DNA of 63,144 nucleotides, counting the filler, from Octopus bimaculoides (taxonomy: Eukaryota): NCBI RefSeq assembly GCF_001194135.2. It is 9 parts of 8 records of this genome, joined end to end, with 100 filler letters (N's around TTAATTAATTAA, not from the genome) between each part and the next. Parts side by side here need not be neighbours in the genome. Positions count along the whole stretch, not along the records: positions 1 to 13,939 come from NC_068993.1; 8 more parts are not named here. The stretch is one strand, 5' to 3'. Shown one piece after another: positions 1 to 14,039 of the stretch (position 1 is the first letter of the stretch; each line of letters starts with the position of its first letter). Both the position numbers and the translations under genes were made by a program. The notes below the pieces were generated by a model that searched no databases, was not told the DNA's origin, and saw nothing but the letters and a program-made list of their open reading frames with translations.

Positions 1-2646
1 AGTCCACGTCTTGTCCGTTAGCTAGCCAATTTTATTTTATTTTATTTTACTTACTGTTTCCTTCCCATATAAGCAACATACACAGTTGAACAATCACAAG
101 AGGTTAGAGCGCACCATTGAACGCAGGCCTGTCATGAAGCTTTTGCCTGTAATGGCGTTAAAAAGAGAAAGAGTATCGAAATATTTGTAACTGTTAAGTA
201 AGATGTGCTGTTTCTTTCTCAGTTTCTCAGTCTTATTATTTTTGTTTATATATACATGTACACATACACGCACAAACTAACACGCACACGCACACACACA
301 TTCATTCATATACACATATACAGACAGACAGACACACACACATACATATATATGCATGCACGTATATACACACCTGAAAGCGTGATTAGTGATTGATCAA
401 CCATTTGTTCCTTTCGCTATCTTGTTATATCTCCTCTGTTTGGTAATTCGGATTGAAACACGCATACACGCACATATACATAGACAGACATACATACACA
501 CACACACGTGCACACGCTCGCACTCAAGCAAATATATGCAATTCCTGATGTGTAAAACTATCTTGCATTGATACATGAAGACCGAACAGAGAAACAAATG
601 TAGGTCGCATCATTCTTCTAAATAAGCTGTTATAAACTTGTAGATATACGCACCTATACATTGGTACAGGGTATAATCACAAATGCACATTCATTTAAGC
701 TACCCTAGAGTATGTGTAGACACATACGTATACAATTGAATATATTTTAGATTCAGAGGCAAAATTACACAAACACCGTTTAAGAGTCACATGTGAAATA
801 CTTGCAAATAAATCTCCATTGAGAATTTCGCGCGCACACACACGCACACACACACACACACGCGCGCGCGCACACACGCACAAACATATACACACACAAA
901 CATATAACGGATAGAGAGACTTTTTCATGCACACGCTCTTTCAATATCGATTGTTTGAAAGTTTAGCGTAAACCATATTTTTGTTAATAAGCTACTGACA
1001 GCTCATTAATTTCCGGTTACGAGCAAAAGTTGGCTGCCATCGCTAGACTAACGCAATTGTCTTTGTAGCATTATCACTCGTCTACTTTAATTTGGAGTCG
1101 CTAATTTCTGGTTTAATTCCACTCAAGAGCAAAAGGTTATAGATTGTGGAAGTAAATGGTTTCTTTTATTTTAATGAGAGTTTGATGAAAGACAACAATT
1201 TTGTTGAAAATGATGCAAAACAAAACCAACAGAAAAAGAAACTAAAATTCAGAATATTTTTTTCTTTTGATCCTGGTGGGTTATATATGTGGAAAAAGAA
1301 ATGTGTGTACGAATGTTCGTGTTTATGTGTATGTATGTGTGGAGGGAGTATCTGCGATTGCATGCTAGCATGTGAATTTTGAATTATTTTGGAAGCCCAA
1401 AGGACTTCCCATTGTTATCCATATGAAGTATTTTGCGTGTATGTCTTCAATTGCATCAGGTGCAAAGATACGTAGATGTAAATATAGAACTTAAAATATG
1501 ATAAAAAAAATATGATTGTCATGATGTTAAACAAGTTAGTTGAAACAGAAATAGTAAATAATACTAAAAAATACTGTTAGCTAGGCTGTGATTCTGGAAT
1601 TTAATCTTCTGTCTTTAATCTACTACCGATGAATGATTCGAGATTACTTAACATCTTTGGTACATAGGGTTAAATATCTAGGTCATATTCCACGGAATGT
1701 AAGATTAATATAGTCTTGAAATCCCTACATCAATTGTTATCGTGTCATCAAACTAAGCTGTGGAGAGTGCAGTCAGCAAATCGCCGGATGGAATACGTTA
1801 CAGTATTTACTGCTTCCATTTACGTTCTGAATTCAAGTAATACTGAGGTCAGCTTCACATCTCTCGAGAAACATTAAAAAAAAAACTGACAGCTAAAATA
1901 TATTTACAAAGAGGAGTAGGTAAAATAGATATGAAATTTTCAACGTTAATAACGTGGCGAAATGATCAAAATAGAATACAAAGCCTGGGAATCAAGCCAG
2001 ATTGCGTTCCAACTTTCTAAGATTTAAGTGAATAAAGTATAAAGAAGACCAAGAGACTGAATCAAACACGAAAACTATATTTGACACTTTCAGAGTTAAC
2101 AATGCTCATAGTTAGATTTACTATTATATCAATGTTAAATTTATGTCAATACAGACCAATTAAAAGGTAGCTACTGATGTACGATATTAACTTCTATTCA
2201 GGGAAAAAGAAATATTGATGGAACGTAAATAGAAAAAAAAACATATATGTACGTATTTTTGAAGATTATGTTCAGTATCATGCTTCTGTTTCGAAACAAC
2301 ACATTTTCGTACTGAAACTTTTCTTACAGTTTTATATTCAAAAGCACGCACGCTTAAAAAGATATTTATATTCATATGGTCATGTTAAGATAAGTTTTTA
2401 TAAAAGTAATATATCCGTCAGAATATAAGGAAGCGGTTTTTAGTGATCAAAGAAGCAGCCTTATTTTTTTTTTTTAACATAAATACACATTTCATCACCT
2501 TAGAAAAAGATATATTGAACAATGAGGTCTGCTCATAGGCAAAAGAAAAAAATTGTACGAGGGGCATTCTATTCATTAGTGGTGTTTTCGACGACGACTG
2601 ACCTTGACATGAAACTAAACATGAATGAACATTTATAACTAGACAT

Positions 2647-2934
2647 ATACATACATAATATAGATTGTCAAAATGATGTGTACGCCTCTGATGAGAACCT
2701 AATAAGGTTCGAAAACCTATTAAGGTTGTTCATCATTTTTTCAGTCTGCAGAGGAATGGCTAAAATTTTTCCTGTTTATAATTATACCATTTGTTACACA
2801 CGCACATACACGCNNNNNNNNNNNNNNNNNNNNNNNNNNNNNNNNNNNNNNNNNNNNNNNNNNNNNNNNNNNNNNNNNNNNNNNNNNNNNNNNNNNNNNN
2901 NNNNNNNNNNNNNNNNNNNNNNNNNNNNNNNNNN

Positions 2935-2994
<60 letters not shown>

Positions 2995-3207
2995 CACATA
3001 TATATGAATGTATATATGTATATAATATATATACATACATATACATACATAATATAGATTGTCAAAATGATGTGTACGCCTCTGATGAGAACCTAATAAG
3101 GTTCGAAAACCTATTAAGGTTGTTCATCATTTTTTCAGTCTGCAGAGGAATGGCTAAAATTTTTCCTGTTTATAATTATACCATTTGTTACACACGCACA
3201 TACACGC
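2647..3207. repeat. Exact ~167-bp direct duplication flanking an N gap (probably an assembly overlap)
   Basis: 2647-2813 matches 3041-3207 (offset 394), separated by a gap and a (TA)n tract. Confidence 0.8.
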
Positions 3208-3641
3208 ACACACACATACACACAAATATGCTCGCACGCGCACGCACACACACAGACATAGGATAGTGGTACAACAATGCACCAATAGTTACTGGAAATA
3301 GGAATCGATAATATCCGACGCTTCATTGTATATATATTATACTGTGAAAGATGTTTGCGGGCGGCGAACATAAAAAATTTCATCTTATCTGTAGGAAGAA
3401 CATTAAATAAATCTACTACCCAAATGTGGATAATCTAGGACCGAGGTTTCGAACTTTCCAAATTACATTTGTTAACGTAAATTTGATTAGCTCTCTTTGG
3501 CTAGGTTCACCTTGACAAAATTTCAAATATCGCTACATCAATGCCAGTATTATTCGTCATAACGCCTGGCCGTTAACAGAGCGAGAACACAGAAAAAGTT
3601 TTCGATGACAAAAATGATTAAATAGTGCAATACAGTAGTAT

Positions 3642-3674
<33 letters not shown>

Positions 3675-3740
3675 NNNNNNNNNNNNNNNNNNNNNNNNNN
3701 NNNNNNNNNNNNNNNNNNNNNNNNNNNNNNNNNNATATAA

Positions 3741-3950
3741 GTGTGTGTGCTTGTGTCTGTGTTTGTTCCCCACCCTGGCTTGACAACGCATTTAGGTTAG
3801 TTTACTATCCTTTAACTTTGCGGTTCGATCAAATTAGTCAATAGAATAAATACCAGGCTTTAAAAATGTCTTGTGATTGATGAGCTGGAGTAAAAGTTTT
3901 GAAGGTGATGCCCCTGCATGACTGAAGTCAAATGACTGACAATAATAAAA
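3741..3950 (+). mobile_element. SINE family A, degenerate 3' half
   Basis: Similar to the 3' half of the near-full copy at 58044-58447 (gtctgtgtttgt...ttgacaac...gcggttcg...agtcaaatgactga). Confidence 0.7.
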
Positions 3951-4669
3951 GGTGAAAGTTAGATGCATATATACATCCAGACACATATATGCGTGTATGT
4001 GTAAGTATATATATGGGTGTATTATGTATCGTTATTTATGCATGTATAGTTCCATATGCCTGAGATGCATGTGTTATGTACTTTTGCATGCATACCTACT
4101 CACATACACGCGTACATCACATGTATGTTACATATTATTTTGCCACTAAGTATATCTGTGTGATTAAGCCTAATCTGGGTTTTTTTTTAAATGGAAGCAA
4201 CAATTTTAGAGAAAGCAGCTATTTTAAATGCTTCCTACGTCTAATTACGTATAAAAATACCATTAACTATTTAAAATGTTTTTTCTCCTTCTAAATGTTA
4301 TCAATTTCCAATCAATAAATCGAAGCAAATTTCATGAAATATATTTTTAAAAAATTTTAAATAGTAAAAATAAGTTTAATATTTAATTTATATTTAAAAC
4401 TGATACGGAACACATTAAAATTAATTACAGTCTCCCAACGAAAACATCCTGATAGTTCTCTAATAACGCGAACATTGGAATACAAGGAATTCTTTGACTC
4501 ATCCATTAATAATCTGATATTCTGTTCTATTTTTAACTTTTATTACCAATCTCAAGGGTGGAAGAATTAACTGTCTTTTTTAGTCACAACGTTCATTCGT
4601 TTAATTGAGGATCCCAGCGTTTAATTTATTACAAAGTGATTTCATGACTGCAATATTTCAGTACTTGCT

Positions 4670-5055
4670 AGGGGTAACGAGTTGTCTGAATCGTTAGTAC
4701 GCATGCTTAGTGTGATTTCCTCCTGACTTTAAATTCCTCTGAGGTCGACTTTGCCTTTCATTCTCACGGCGTCGATAAAAAAGCACCAAAAGTCCTGGCC
4801 ACGTGCCAAAATACAAAACTAATATTTCAGTGCTTGCAAAGAGCAGAAAGTTTACAGAACCGTTAGCAGTATTCCTTCCATATTTACGTCCTGAGTTAAA
4901 ATTCCACTGATGTCGACTTTGCAATTCATCCTTCGCGTACAATAAAATAGGTACCTGTTGAAAACTGCGGTCGATGTAACCGACTTATCACCCATATTGT
5001 CTATTTGTTGATATATGTCGTCATTTTCAAATTCCTGGCCTTGTGTCAAAATTTG
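4670..5055 (+). mobile_element. Two tandem degenerate SINE family B copies
   Basis: Both contain the family B core (ttaaattcc..ctga.gtcgactttgc..ttcat.ct..cg.gt..ataaaa) and the aaatt..tggccttgtg tail seen in 25618-26028 and 37300-37512. Confidence 0.7.
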
Positions 5056-5348
5056 AAATGAGTGCTTGCTCTATATGAATAGTATATGGTAAACTGGACA
5101 GTAGACGAACCAGTATCATGGTGGTTACTAAGCCTGCTAGAAATTCCAACAATATTAGTAGCAAATAGCAAACTGTCGTTATTATAAGGGTAAGCATATT
5201 TTTGTAGGTTGGTGTCAGTTAAATTGTGTTAGAAATCAGATGGTTTGGAAGGTCAAAGAAAATATTTCCTGTTTAACGAGGTGGCAACACAATTACAACT
5301 ATACAGATGAATGGTAGTAGTGGTGGTTTTATACAGACACACACACAC

Positions 5349-5396
<48 letters not shown>

Positions 5397-5406
5397 NNNN
5401 NNNNNN

Positions 5407-5454
<48 letters not shown>

Positions 5455-6176
5455 TATATATGTATATATAAATATATACAAATACACACACACACACATA
5501 CAAACATATATAGTAAAAGTACACTATTCACACAACACTACGTTACGGTTGATAAATACATCAACATAACTTGCATTAAGTCTTGCTGTGCGAATAGGAG
5601 AACATTGCACCGGACAGATTCGTGGGGGATTAAGTTAATGTAGTCCTGAGTGTTAGACAATCCATCACCTCAGCACAATTAACCATTAGGTAGCTTTAAG
5701 AAAATCAACTGTATTTCAAGTATTTAGACATGGGTATCCATTCAGTGAATAATGTAATGTGTTGATGTGAAACTTCCTTCAACATAGTCCCAGGTGCAGT
5801 TCAAACATGCGTTGGCTCTGCACCTTCTACCTAACGTGGTAAAAAAAAATTGAAACAAAAACAACAGAAAGTAAAAAAAAAAACAAAAACAAACACTAAT
5901 CAATCGTGTTACAAGATTTACTTTATCTTCGAGTCTTTGTCTACTGACTAATGATGAACCTATTACATACGAAATGAATCTCTGTGATGCCTTCCTCTGA
6001 TGTTAATAGATTCTGTTTTCCATGCATTTGTAAAGACCCTAGAGAGATATTGAGACTGATACGTCCGTCCGATAAGTTGTATTAAATAAAAATATTTCTG
6101 ACGACATATATCAACAAATACACACGTATGAGTATCCCTGTATGTACCTCTCTCTGTCTCCGGTCTCTTTTCCCGC

Positions 6177-6222
<46 letters not shown>

Positions 6223-7013
6223 ATGTGTGTGTGTATGTGTGTGTGTGTGNNNNNNNNNNGTGTGTGTGTGTATGTGTGTGTGTATGTGTGTGTGTGTGTG
6301 TACACACACATACACACATACAACGGTAGTTTAAGCGGGTAGTCTTCACTTACTGCTCTGTGTCACAAAACAACACTCTCATATCAGTGGTTCTCTCTAA
6401 ATAAGAATCTATAGTAGAAGTATTAATTTAATTTGCACCCAAGTATTACAACATATGTACACAGAGATTCTTTTACAGCTTTTAATATCATATTCTAAAC
6501 AATGCGATTTACAATATAAGCTGCCTGTGGAATTTACACAAAATAATCTAATAAAAATGTCTCGTAGCATAATCTTCCAAAAAAGTTACAATGCACATTA
6601 TTATATCTTGGATAAAAAAATATTAAAACGCAGTGCAACAGTGAGAGATACTATATCGATATGAATATGAAAGAGAATATCACTAAATGTGTTATGAATA
6701 GTATGTGTTTCATACACACACACACACATACACAAACACGCACATATATTTCAAAATGTACTATCGATGTGGAGAACAAATAGATACACCGATCAAAGTT
6801 CAGTAAGTAGATGCCTATATACTGTAATAAATACTGTAAGTGACTTAAGTATATGCTGCTGTTGGAAGGAAATGATTTATACTTTTGAAGTTCATTTTGA
6901 TGTTACAGATACATAGAAAACCAACGTGAATTTTAAATGCTATGTGCAAAGCTGACGTGGTTCAGTCTTCACTGTGACCGTGTCTTTCTCTTTCCATTCC
7001 ATTCCTGAATCTT

Positions 7014-7055
<42 letters not shown>

Positions 7056-7188
7056 TGAGAGAGAGAAAAGGTCGAGTTCTATTTCATCCTATGCTTTGGG
7101 CTTCCAAAGTTCGATTTTTATAAAGACTCTTCATATTAAATTTGTAGCTTACTACCGTAAGTATTTTTCGAATATAAAAATGTTACTG

Positions 7189-7964
7189 GTATCAGGTGTG
7201 TTATGAGCATTTATAGAACACGCATCCTACAGAAACTCAACAAACAATTAAAGATGGAGAAGTGAAGGTGGAGAAAGTTTAAAGAAATGTTAATCCATGC
7301 ATACGATCGTTTCGAACGGTAATATTAACATGTAAAAAACATGGAAAAAATTAGAAATTAGTTATTATTAAATTAATTACATATTAGTGTTCTTCTCAAC
7401 GCGAAAGAAGAATACATCAAAATGAAAACATCAGAAGACTAGATGGAGCGAGTGTCACATAGCATGTTCGAATATGCATAATATGAAACATGAAAGATAA
7501 AAACATTCTTAGGTAATGTTGAGTCTAGTTTTGTATGAACTATAACTCAATCGTGTTTCAAGATTTACTTCTCTATTTCGTACACAACTAGACTCAACTC
7601 TACCTCAGCATGTTTTTGTCTTTCATCTTTCATAATCATATTATGCATGTCCGAATGTGTTATGTGACACTCACTCCATCTAGTCTTCTGTAACAATATA
7701 ATATTCTTCTGATGTAATCCTTTTGATCTATTCTTCTTTCGCACTGAAGAGAACAGTAATATGTAATTAATTTAATTATAATCATAATTAAATTAATATT
7801 TATTTTCCCCCATTATTTTTACATGTTAATATTACTGTTCGAAACGATCGTATGCATGGAATACACTTTTTTAAATCTTTAACATTTTCCCTTCTCAATC
7901 TTTAATTGTTTGTTGACTTTTTATAGGATACGTGTTCTATAAAGGCTCATAACACAGCTTATAC
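7189..7964. mobile_element. Long imperfect fold-back (MITE-like) element
   Basis: Left arm ~7189-7540 is the reverse complement of right arm ~7578-7964, e.g. ccatgcatacgatcgtttcgaacggtaatattaacatgtaaaa (~7297) versus tttacatgttaatattactgttcgaaacgatcgtatgcatgg (~7818). No coding capacity seen. Confidence 0.85.
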
Positions 7965-7989
7965 TTATATATATATATACATATATATA

Positions 7990-8149
7990 GGCGCAGGAGT
8001 GGTGTGTGGTAAGAAGCTTGCTTCCCAGCAACATGGTTACGGGTTCCATCCCACTGCGTAGCACCTTCAGCATGTGTCTTCTAGTATAGCCTCAGACCGA
8101 CAAAGGCTTTGTGAGTGGATTTGGTAGACGCAGACTGAAAGAACCTCGT

Positions 8150-8150
<1 letters not shown>
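7990..8150 (+). mobile_element. SINE family A, 5' half
   Basis: tRNA-like head ggcgcaggagtggtgtgtggtaag...gggttccatccc (A/B-box-like), then the conserved central block, running into (TA)n and a gap. Confidence 0.85.
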
Positions 8151-8192
<42 letters not shown>

Positions 8193-11100
8193 NNNNNNNN
8201 NNNNNNNNNNNNNNNNNNNNNNNNNNNNNNNNNNNNNNNNNNNNNNNNNNNNNNNNNNNNNNNNNNNNNNNNNNNNNNNNNNNNNNNNNNNNNNNNNNNN
8301 NNNNNNNNNNNNNNNNNNNNNNNNNNNNNNNNNNNNNNNNNNNNNNNNNNNNNNNNNNNNNNNNNNNNNNNNNNNNNNNNNNNNNNNNNNNNNNNNNNNN
8401 NNNNNNNNNNNNNNNNNNNNNNNNNNNNNNNNNNNNNNNNNNNNNNNNNNNNNNNNNNNNNNNNNNNNNNNNNNNNNNNNNNNNNNNNNNNNNNNNNNNN
8501 NNNNNNNNNNNNNNNNNNNNNNNNNNNNNNNNNNNNNNNNNNNNNNNNNNNNNNNNNNNNNNNNNNNNNNNNNNNNNNNNNNNNNNNNNNNNNNNNNNNN
8601 NNNNNNNNNNNNNNNNNNNNNNNNNNNNNNNNNNNNNNNNNNNNNNNNNNNNNNNNNNNNNNNNNNNNNNNNNNNNGATGAATGTGTAGTTAGTTACTAA
8701 TTGGTAGCTTAGGTTAAAGTTCAGCTTAGAAAATTATGAACTTGAACAGTCTTCAGGAAACAGGAGATTAGGAAGAGGATGGGCGTTTCAGCTAATCTGT
8801 AACGAATGCCAAAAACCGTTCGTGCCATTCATCTGCTCATTAGTTTAACAGACCTATTACACAAGCACACACAAACATGTGTGTGCGTGTGTGTGTGTGC
8901 GCGCGTGTGTGCGTGCGTGGGTGCGTGTGCGTGTTTCTGTATGTATATGCAAGTATATATTAGTAGTAAAGCTCTTCTATCGTCTGAAAGATGAATTTAT
9001 TGTTTTGGAAGGATGTATCGATTTGTTGATATATGGCTGACAGATATCCTCAGCGATTTACGCATTGACATCATCGATTTATGGCCTTCAAACAACTATC
9101 GTTTACCATGTATAATTGTAAAGCACGCCAGATGAGCGTTAGCCGAAACTGTTTGATGTCCATATGTTTTTAAATCACATAGATGAATCTAGAGAAACAA
9201 AATAGGGAGAATAAAAATGAAAACAGGTTTAGAAGTGCCTTAAAGTAACTCATAGCATTGCTCTGCATTAGTATTAAAACATGTCTATAAACGCACACAC
9301 ATACACACGCACAAACAACTATGTATATATATAAACATATTTGCAACAACGAGGCGAGTATTGAGCTTACTCAAGTCTGTAGTTGTATTAAATGGAGAAA
9401 TCAAAACTATGTTCATGTATTCGTGCATGCGTGTGTATATGTATGTATACACACTCACACACAAATACACACACACACACACGTACACACACACATATGT
9501 ATAAACATATACATTCATACACACATGTCTACATACATGCACAAACGAATACTCACACATACATACACATACACATATGCATATATATATGCATGCAGTT
9601 ATCTATGCACACATTGGAATCACGATTAATCAATAACATGAATGCATTAGATTACTAAATATATTTCTTTTTTCAGTATCAAAATTCTGAATTTTATATA
9701 TAAGAATTGTTGATTGGCAAATCGTTAAGTGGCGAATCGTTAAGTTATCAATGTAAAATAGTAAACCCTTGTACGGCATTAAAAGCATTTGAACAAACCA
9801 TTTTTCCTTATTCCGTCTTCTATCGCAAATATAATACAAACTCGAAATTCTACGCCTTAATATTCCTATTGCTTCAGTAAATGCTGTTTAGTAATTTTCT
9901 TAATTCATATTTCATTAATAATTGCATCACTCTTTAGATCATTAAATCGCAAACGTTTCGTTAAATTGCAAATGTTATGTTGAATTTTAAATGTTATATT
10001 GAATTGCAAACAGTCTTCTGCTTCGCATTTTGGCTTAGAGTCATCACTGTCCTAGAACATGGTGCATGTAATGATATTGTTTCTCATACATAATTAATTA
10101 ACTAATAACAATTAATTAATCCAACTTTTGTTTATTTTCCCATAGTATTCTGGATTTATGAAAGCCACTTAACCTATTAATTAAATGTACATGCACCTTT
10201 TTTTCCTTTTCCGCTCTTTCATTCCCACAAATACCGTATGTATATATGTATGTATGTGTGTGTGTTCGTATGTATGTATGTATGTATATATGTATGTATG
10301 TATGTATGTAAGTATATATGTGGGGTATATATGTATGTACGTAAGTATGTATGCGTAGGTATATATAATAACTCTCTTTACAACAACAAACATTTACACC
10401 TACTCATACACATCTAAGGGAATATTTTCCACTGACAACAAAAGCCAATCGAATGTTAAACTGCAAAACTAGAAATGTAATATTCCCATTAACAGCATTG
10501 CAAAACACTAATGAGAATGCGATAAACAGAAGCTAATATTCATTTTATTCTACGTGTCCTCTTTAATACAAGACTATAGGTTAGACCTATTAGTTGCGGT
10601 CGAGGAAAACTAATCCTTGTCAACGACTTTGAGATCCGAGGCAAAGACATTTTAGATTGTTGACTGTTGGAAGAGACAAGCTCCGAGCTTTTGTAACTGG
10701 TTCTTCTTGCTATTTTTGTGATTTTATTGTTATTTAGTTTAGAAACTCTTCCGGTAACTCTTATATCAGCTAGTGCAACTGTCAGGCCTTCTCTCCTGCA
10801 GCATTAGTTTCATGGCTTGTGTTTCTTCATCCACGTTGGAGTACAGTTTTACTGTGGCTGAATGATTTTCGGAAGAGCATTTGTACATATGTATCCATGT
10901 AGCCTTCAATCCCGAAAAGGCAGTGGCCATCCCAGTTGGAACGTGTGCCGATCTCCGCAATAGGGAAAGAGTGTAAACGTGACTACGCTAAACGCGAAGA
11001 GCAAAAATCAGAACAAGAACAGGCATTAACAGAGAAACCAATAAATCCCACCCCCACCAATAANNNNNNNNNNNNNNNNNNNNNNNNNNNNNNNNNNNNN

Positions 11101-11299
11101 NNNNNNNNNNNNNNNNNNNNNNNNNNNNNNNNNNNNNNNGAATAAATAATAATAAATAAGTAAATAAATAGCTGCTCGGATGATGGTAAATTTTACTTTG
11201 TGGAGGGAAAGACTGTTACAGAGGAATACAGAAACTTATTACTGAAACTGAATGATGCACGAATAGCGAAATGAAAAGGCTACCAGCTCTGAGAGGAAT

Positions 11300-11815
11300 C
11301 GAAAGATGGATAAACTGCTCACAAAAATCTACTTATTAAACTTAACAGATTTAAACTACCTTATATACTGCGTTGTTCTGTTGCTATGCAAAATCTTGGG
11401 GGCTAGAAATGAAAGAAAAACAAAGGATGAAGCCCCATGGTGGGAAAAAGGCCAGAGTACAATACTGAACAAATGAACTGTAAACTTAGACGGATACATG
11501 CAAACATAGAAACGAAGAGTTTGAGAGACAGACACAGGAACGAACAGCAAAGGAAGTATAACATAAGACACGAAGGACTGTAAGTAGTTAAAGAAAAACT
11601 AAGACAAAGAATCAAATCACTGTTAGGTAAAAAAAGAAAAAGCAAACACTAATAACGATCGAATCAGTATCAGCAGAATATATTCTTCAAGAACAACGAA
11701 GGAATATTCTATTAATAACCGAATAGTGGAGAAGAGAATCAGTGTAACTATACGCCAGATGCTGAAGTTGCAGGGTAATTCTCGCACGACACGTGTAAAC
11801 ACGCTCGTTACATTA
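11300..11815 (+). mobile_element. Degraded R4/Dong-like non-LTR retrotransposon, pre-RT region
   Basis: Broken frames give PWW...RKYNIRHEGL*VVKEKLRQRIKSL and RI-QYQQNIFFKNNEGIFY...PDAE, motifs typical of R4-clade ORFs. Stops and frameshifts present. Confidence 0.65.
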
Positions 11816-12887
11816 CAGTTCAAATCAACATCAGATCGTCTCCGTCCCCAACCACCATATTAAAAAAAAAGAAGAAAAATGAATTAAATAATACCCGCAT
11901 TATTCAACCCAAGGATAACCAATAGGAAGTACGTATTTTAAATTTATTACACAAAAAGAGCGAAAAACTACACGTGCAAAACCATCTAACACCAGAAATG
12001 AATGGACCGGTACCCTACAAAAATTATGCTCATCAAAATAAAGGGCCGGATGTTATTTCTCACTCCCGCAAATAAAATTAAAACAACATAAATGAACTCG
12101 TGAAGAATATATTTCAATCCTACACGATTATTTTACAGTAGTGCTCTACTCAGAACGAAAATACAAAATATACATATAAAATCTGGAAGGAAAATAACTT
12201 AGGTAAAGATTTGAATATAGCAATGAACCCTAACAAATTATATTTCTGTATGTTAATACGGAGTTATATTCTCAAAACAAAACAAAAAGAAAATATCAGA
12301 AATAGAAATAGAGCACTTGAAAGGAAAATACATCAGGGAAACGAAGATAGGCACTGTAAAATATGAAGACAGGCGTAACATGTCCAACTAAAACGAAGCA
12401 AGCAACGAAAGACAACAAACCGAAACCATAGGAATGCATAATAATGAGCAAAATGCAGCAAACCAGAACACCACACACAGAAATATGAACGGGTGGGAAT
12501 ACGAAACAAATTTAAAACCTGGAAACAGTGAAGGCGAAATTAATGATTATTATCCTCTAAAATGAGTATAATCAAAGAATTAAAAGCCACGGATCCCAGT
12601 ATGGACCACCGGTTATACTTCCCAAAAATTAAAATTGATAATACAACCTCAGTAATACATAATATGAACCTGGCCGTCACAGAACTAATAGCCAGAGAAA
12701 CAAATGTCAAAATGACCAGCTTCATATTTTAAATTTGAATTTCTATAATTTTGAATTTTAATTACTTTTTATTTTTAACTTGTCAAAGACAGGCTTGCTG
12801 TCGAAATATCGTTCAGCCAACAAAATATCTATTGCAATCGCATCGCATTATTTGTCTTGCCTAATAATAATGATGATGATGATGATA

Positions 12888-12934
<47 letters not shown>

Positions 12935-12975
12935 AATAATAATAATAATAATAATAATGCAACTTTTTAAGAGGC

Positions 12976-13935
12976 AGGCCCAAACAGCTTCCATTTAATT
13001 AGATACCGATATTACCATCAGGGAGCTCGAGCCACGAGAAAGCTATAAATAACTGGGGATAAACGAAGGAGATTGTATACAACATGCTATTAGGAAGGAA
13101 AAAATAAGAAAGGGGTATTACAAGAAAGTAAGACTCATACTTAATACTAAACTCAACCCCAAAATCACATCAAAGCCATTAACACACTGGCACTTCCAGT
13201 TGTCCAATATGACTTCAGCATCATTAACTGGAATCTTATAGAACTTCAACGCCTGGAGAAGAAGAGAAGAAAGCTACTCACATCTAATAACATGCATCAC
13301 CCGAAAGCAAACGTTGATCGTCTATACCTACCTAGAAGAAATGGGGGAAGAGGATTGATGAAGGTAGAACTCTGCTAAAAGACCTCCTCAATAGCAATGA
13401 ACAAGAACCTATCTGGTACAAAGGACTGGATGCTGCGACTTGTGCGCAAACATGAAAGCAGCAGAAAAATCATATTCTATTCTCAAGGAAGCTTGCGAAT
13501 TCCCAAGGGAACTCGGCATTAACCCTGAATTAGATGAAGAACCTGAAACCACTGCCTCCAAACAAGCAAAATAGATCAACATCTGCAAAAATGAACGGGC
13601 AAAACAAACTGAGGAGCGTTGGAGCCGGACGCCTCTGCATTGACAGTAAATATTTCGAAGTTGAAATGCTGACATAGACTAAGCAACAAATGCCTGAGAA
13701 GCTCAGGACTGAAAGCAGAGACTGAAGGTTTCCTATTGGCGGCACGAGATCAAAGCTTGCTTACAAAAAATACCAGGTTAATGTTTTTCAAAACAGTTCT
13801 GTCCCTAAATTCAGATAGTTTCCCAGGAGAACCATATCTCAGAGAAATCCAAATGACTGTGCTAACAAATACTGCCCACATCCTTAGAAATACACTATCA
13901 ATTTAAATGTCTGTGTTCTATCACATTAAGCTAAT
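12976..13935 (+). mobile_element. Degraded R4/Dong-like non-LTR retrotransposon, post-RT region
   Basis: IRELEPRESYK*LGINEG..., KIRKGYYKKVRLILNTKLN, and MHHPKANVDRLYLPRRNGGRGL motifs of R4-clade elements. Multiple stops. Confidence 0.8.
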
Positions 13936-13939
13936 TCGC

Positions 13940-14039
13940 NNNNNNNNNNNNNNNNNNNNNNNNNNNNNNNNNNNNNNNNNNNNTTAATTAATTAANNNNN
14001 NNNNNNNNNNNNNNNNNNNNNNNNNNNNNNNNNNNNNNN
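13940..14039. other. Assembly spacer (44 N + TTAATTAATTAA + 44 N), first of eight
   Basis: Identical 100-nt spacers at 13940-14039, 22578-22677, 27236-27335, 36576-36675, 46795-46894, 54040-54139, 58608-58707 and 60337-60436. The 12-mer gives stops in all six frames, typical of artificial joins. Confidence 0.93.

Noticed and set aside
9126-9156. cagatgagcgttagccgaaactgt, hammerhead-like
   Set aside because: The core is altered (CAGAUGA), helix II is weak and no helix I can be formed.
10560-11060. Unique-looking block with short ORFs on both strands
   Set aside because: No recognisable motif and no consistent splice-site pair.
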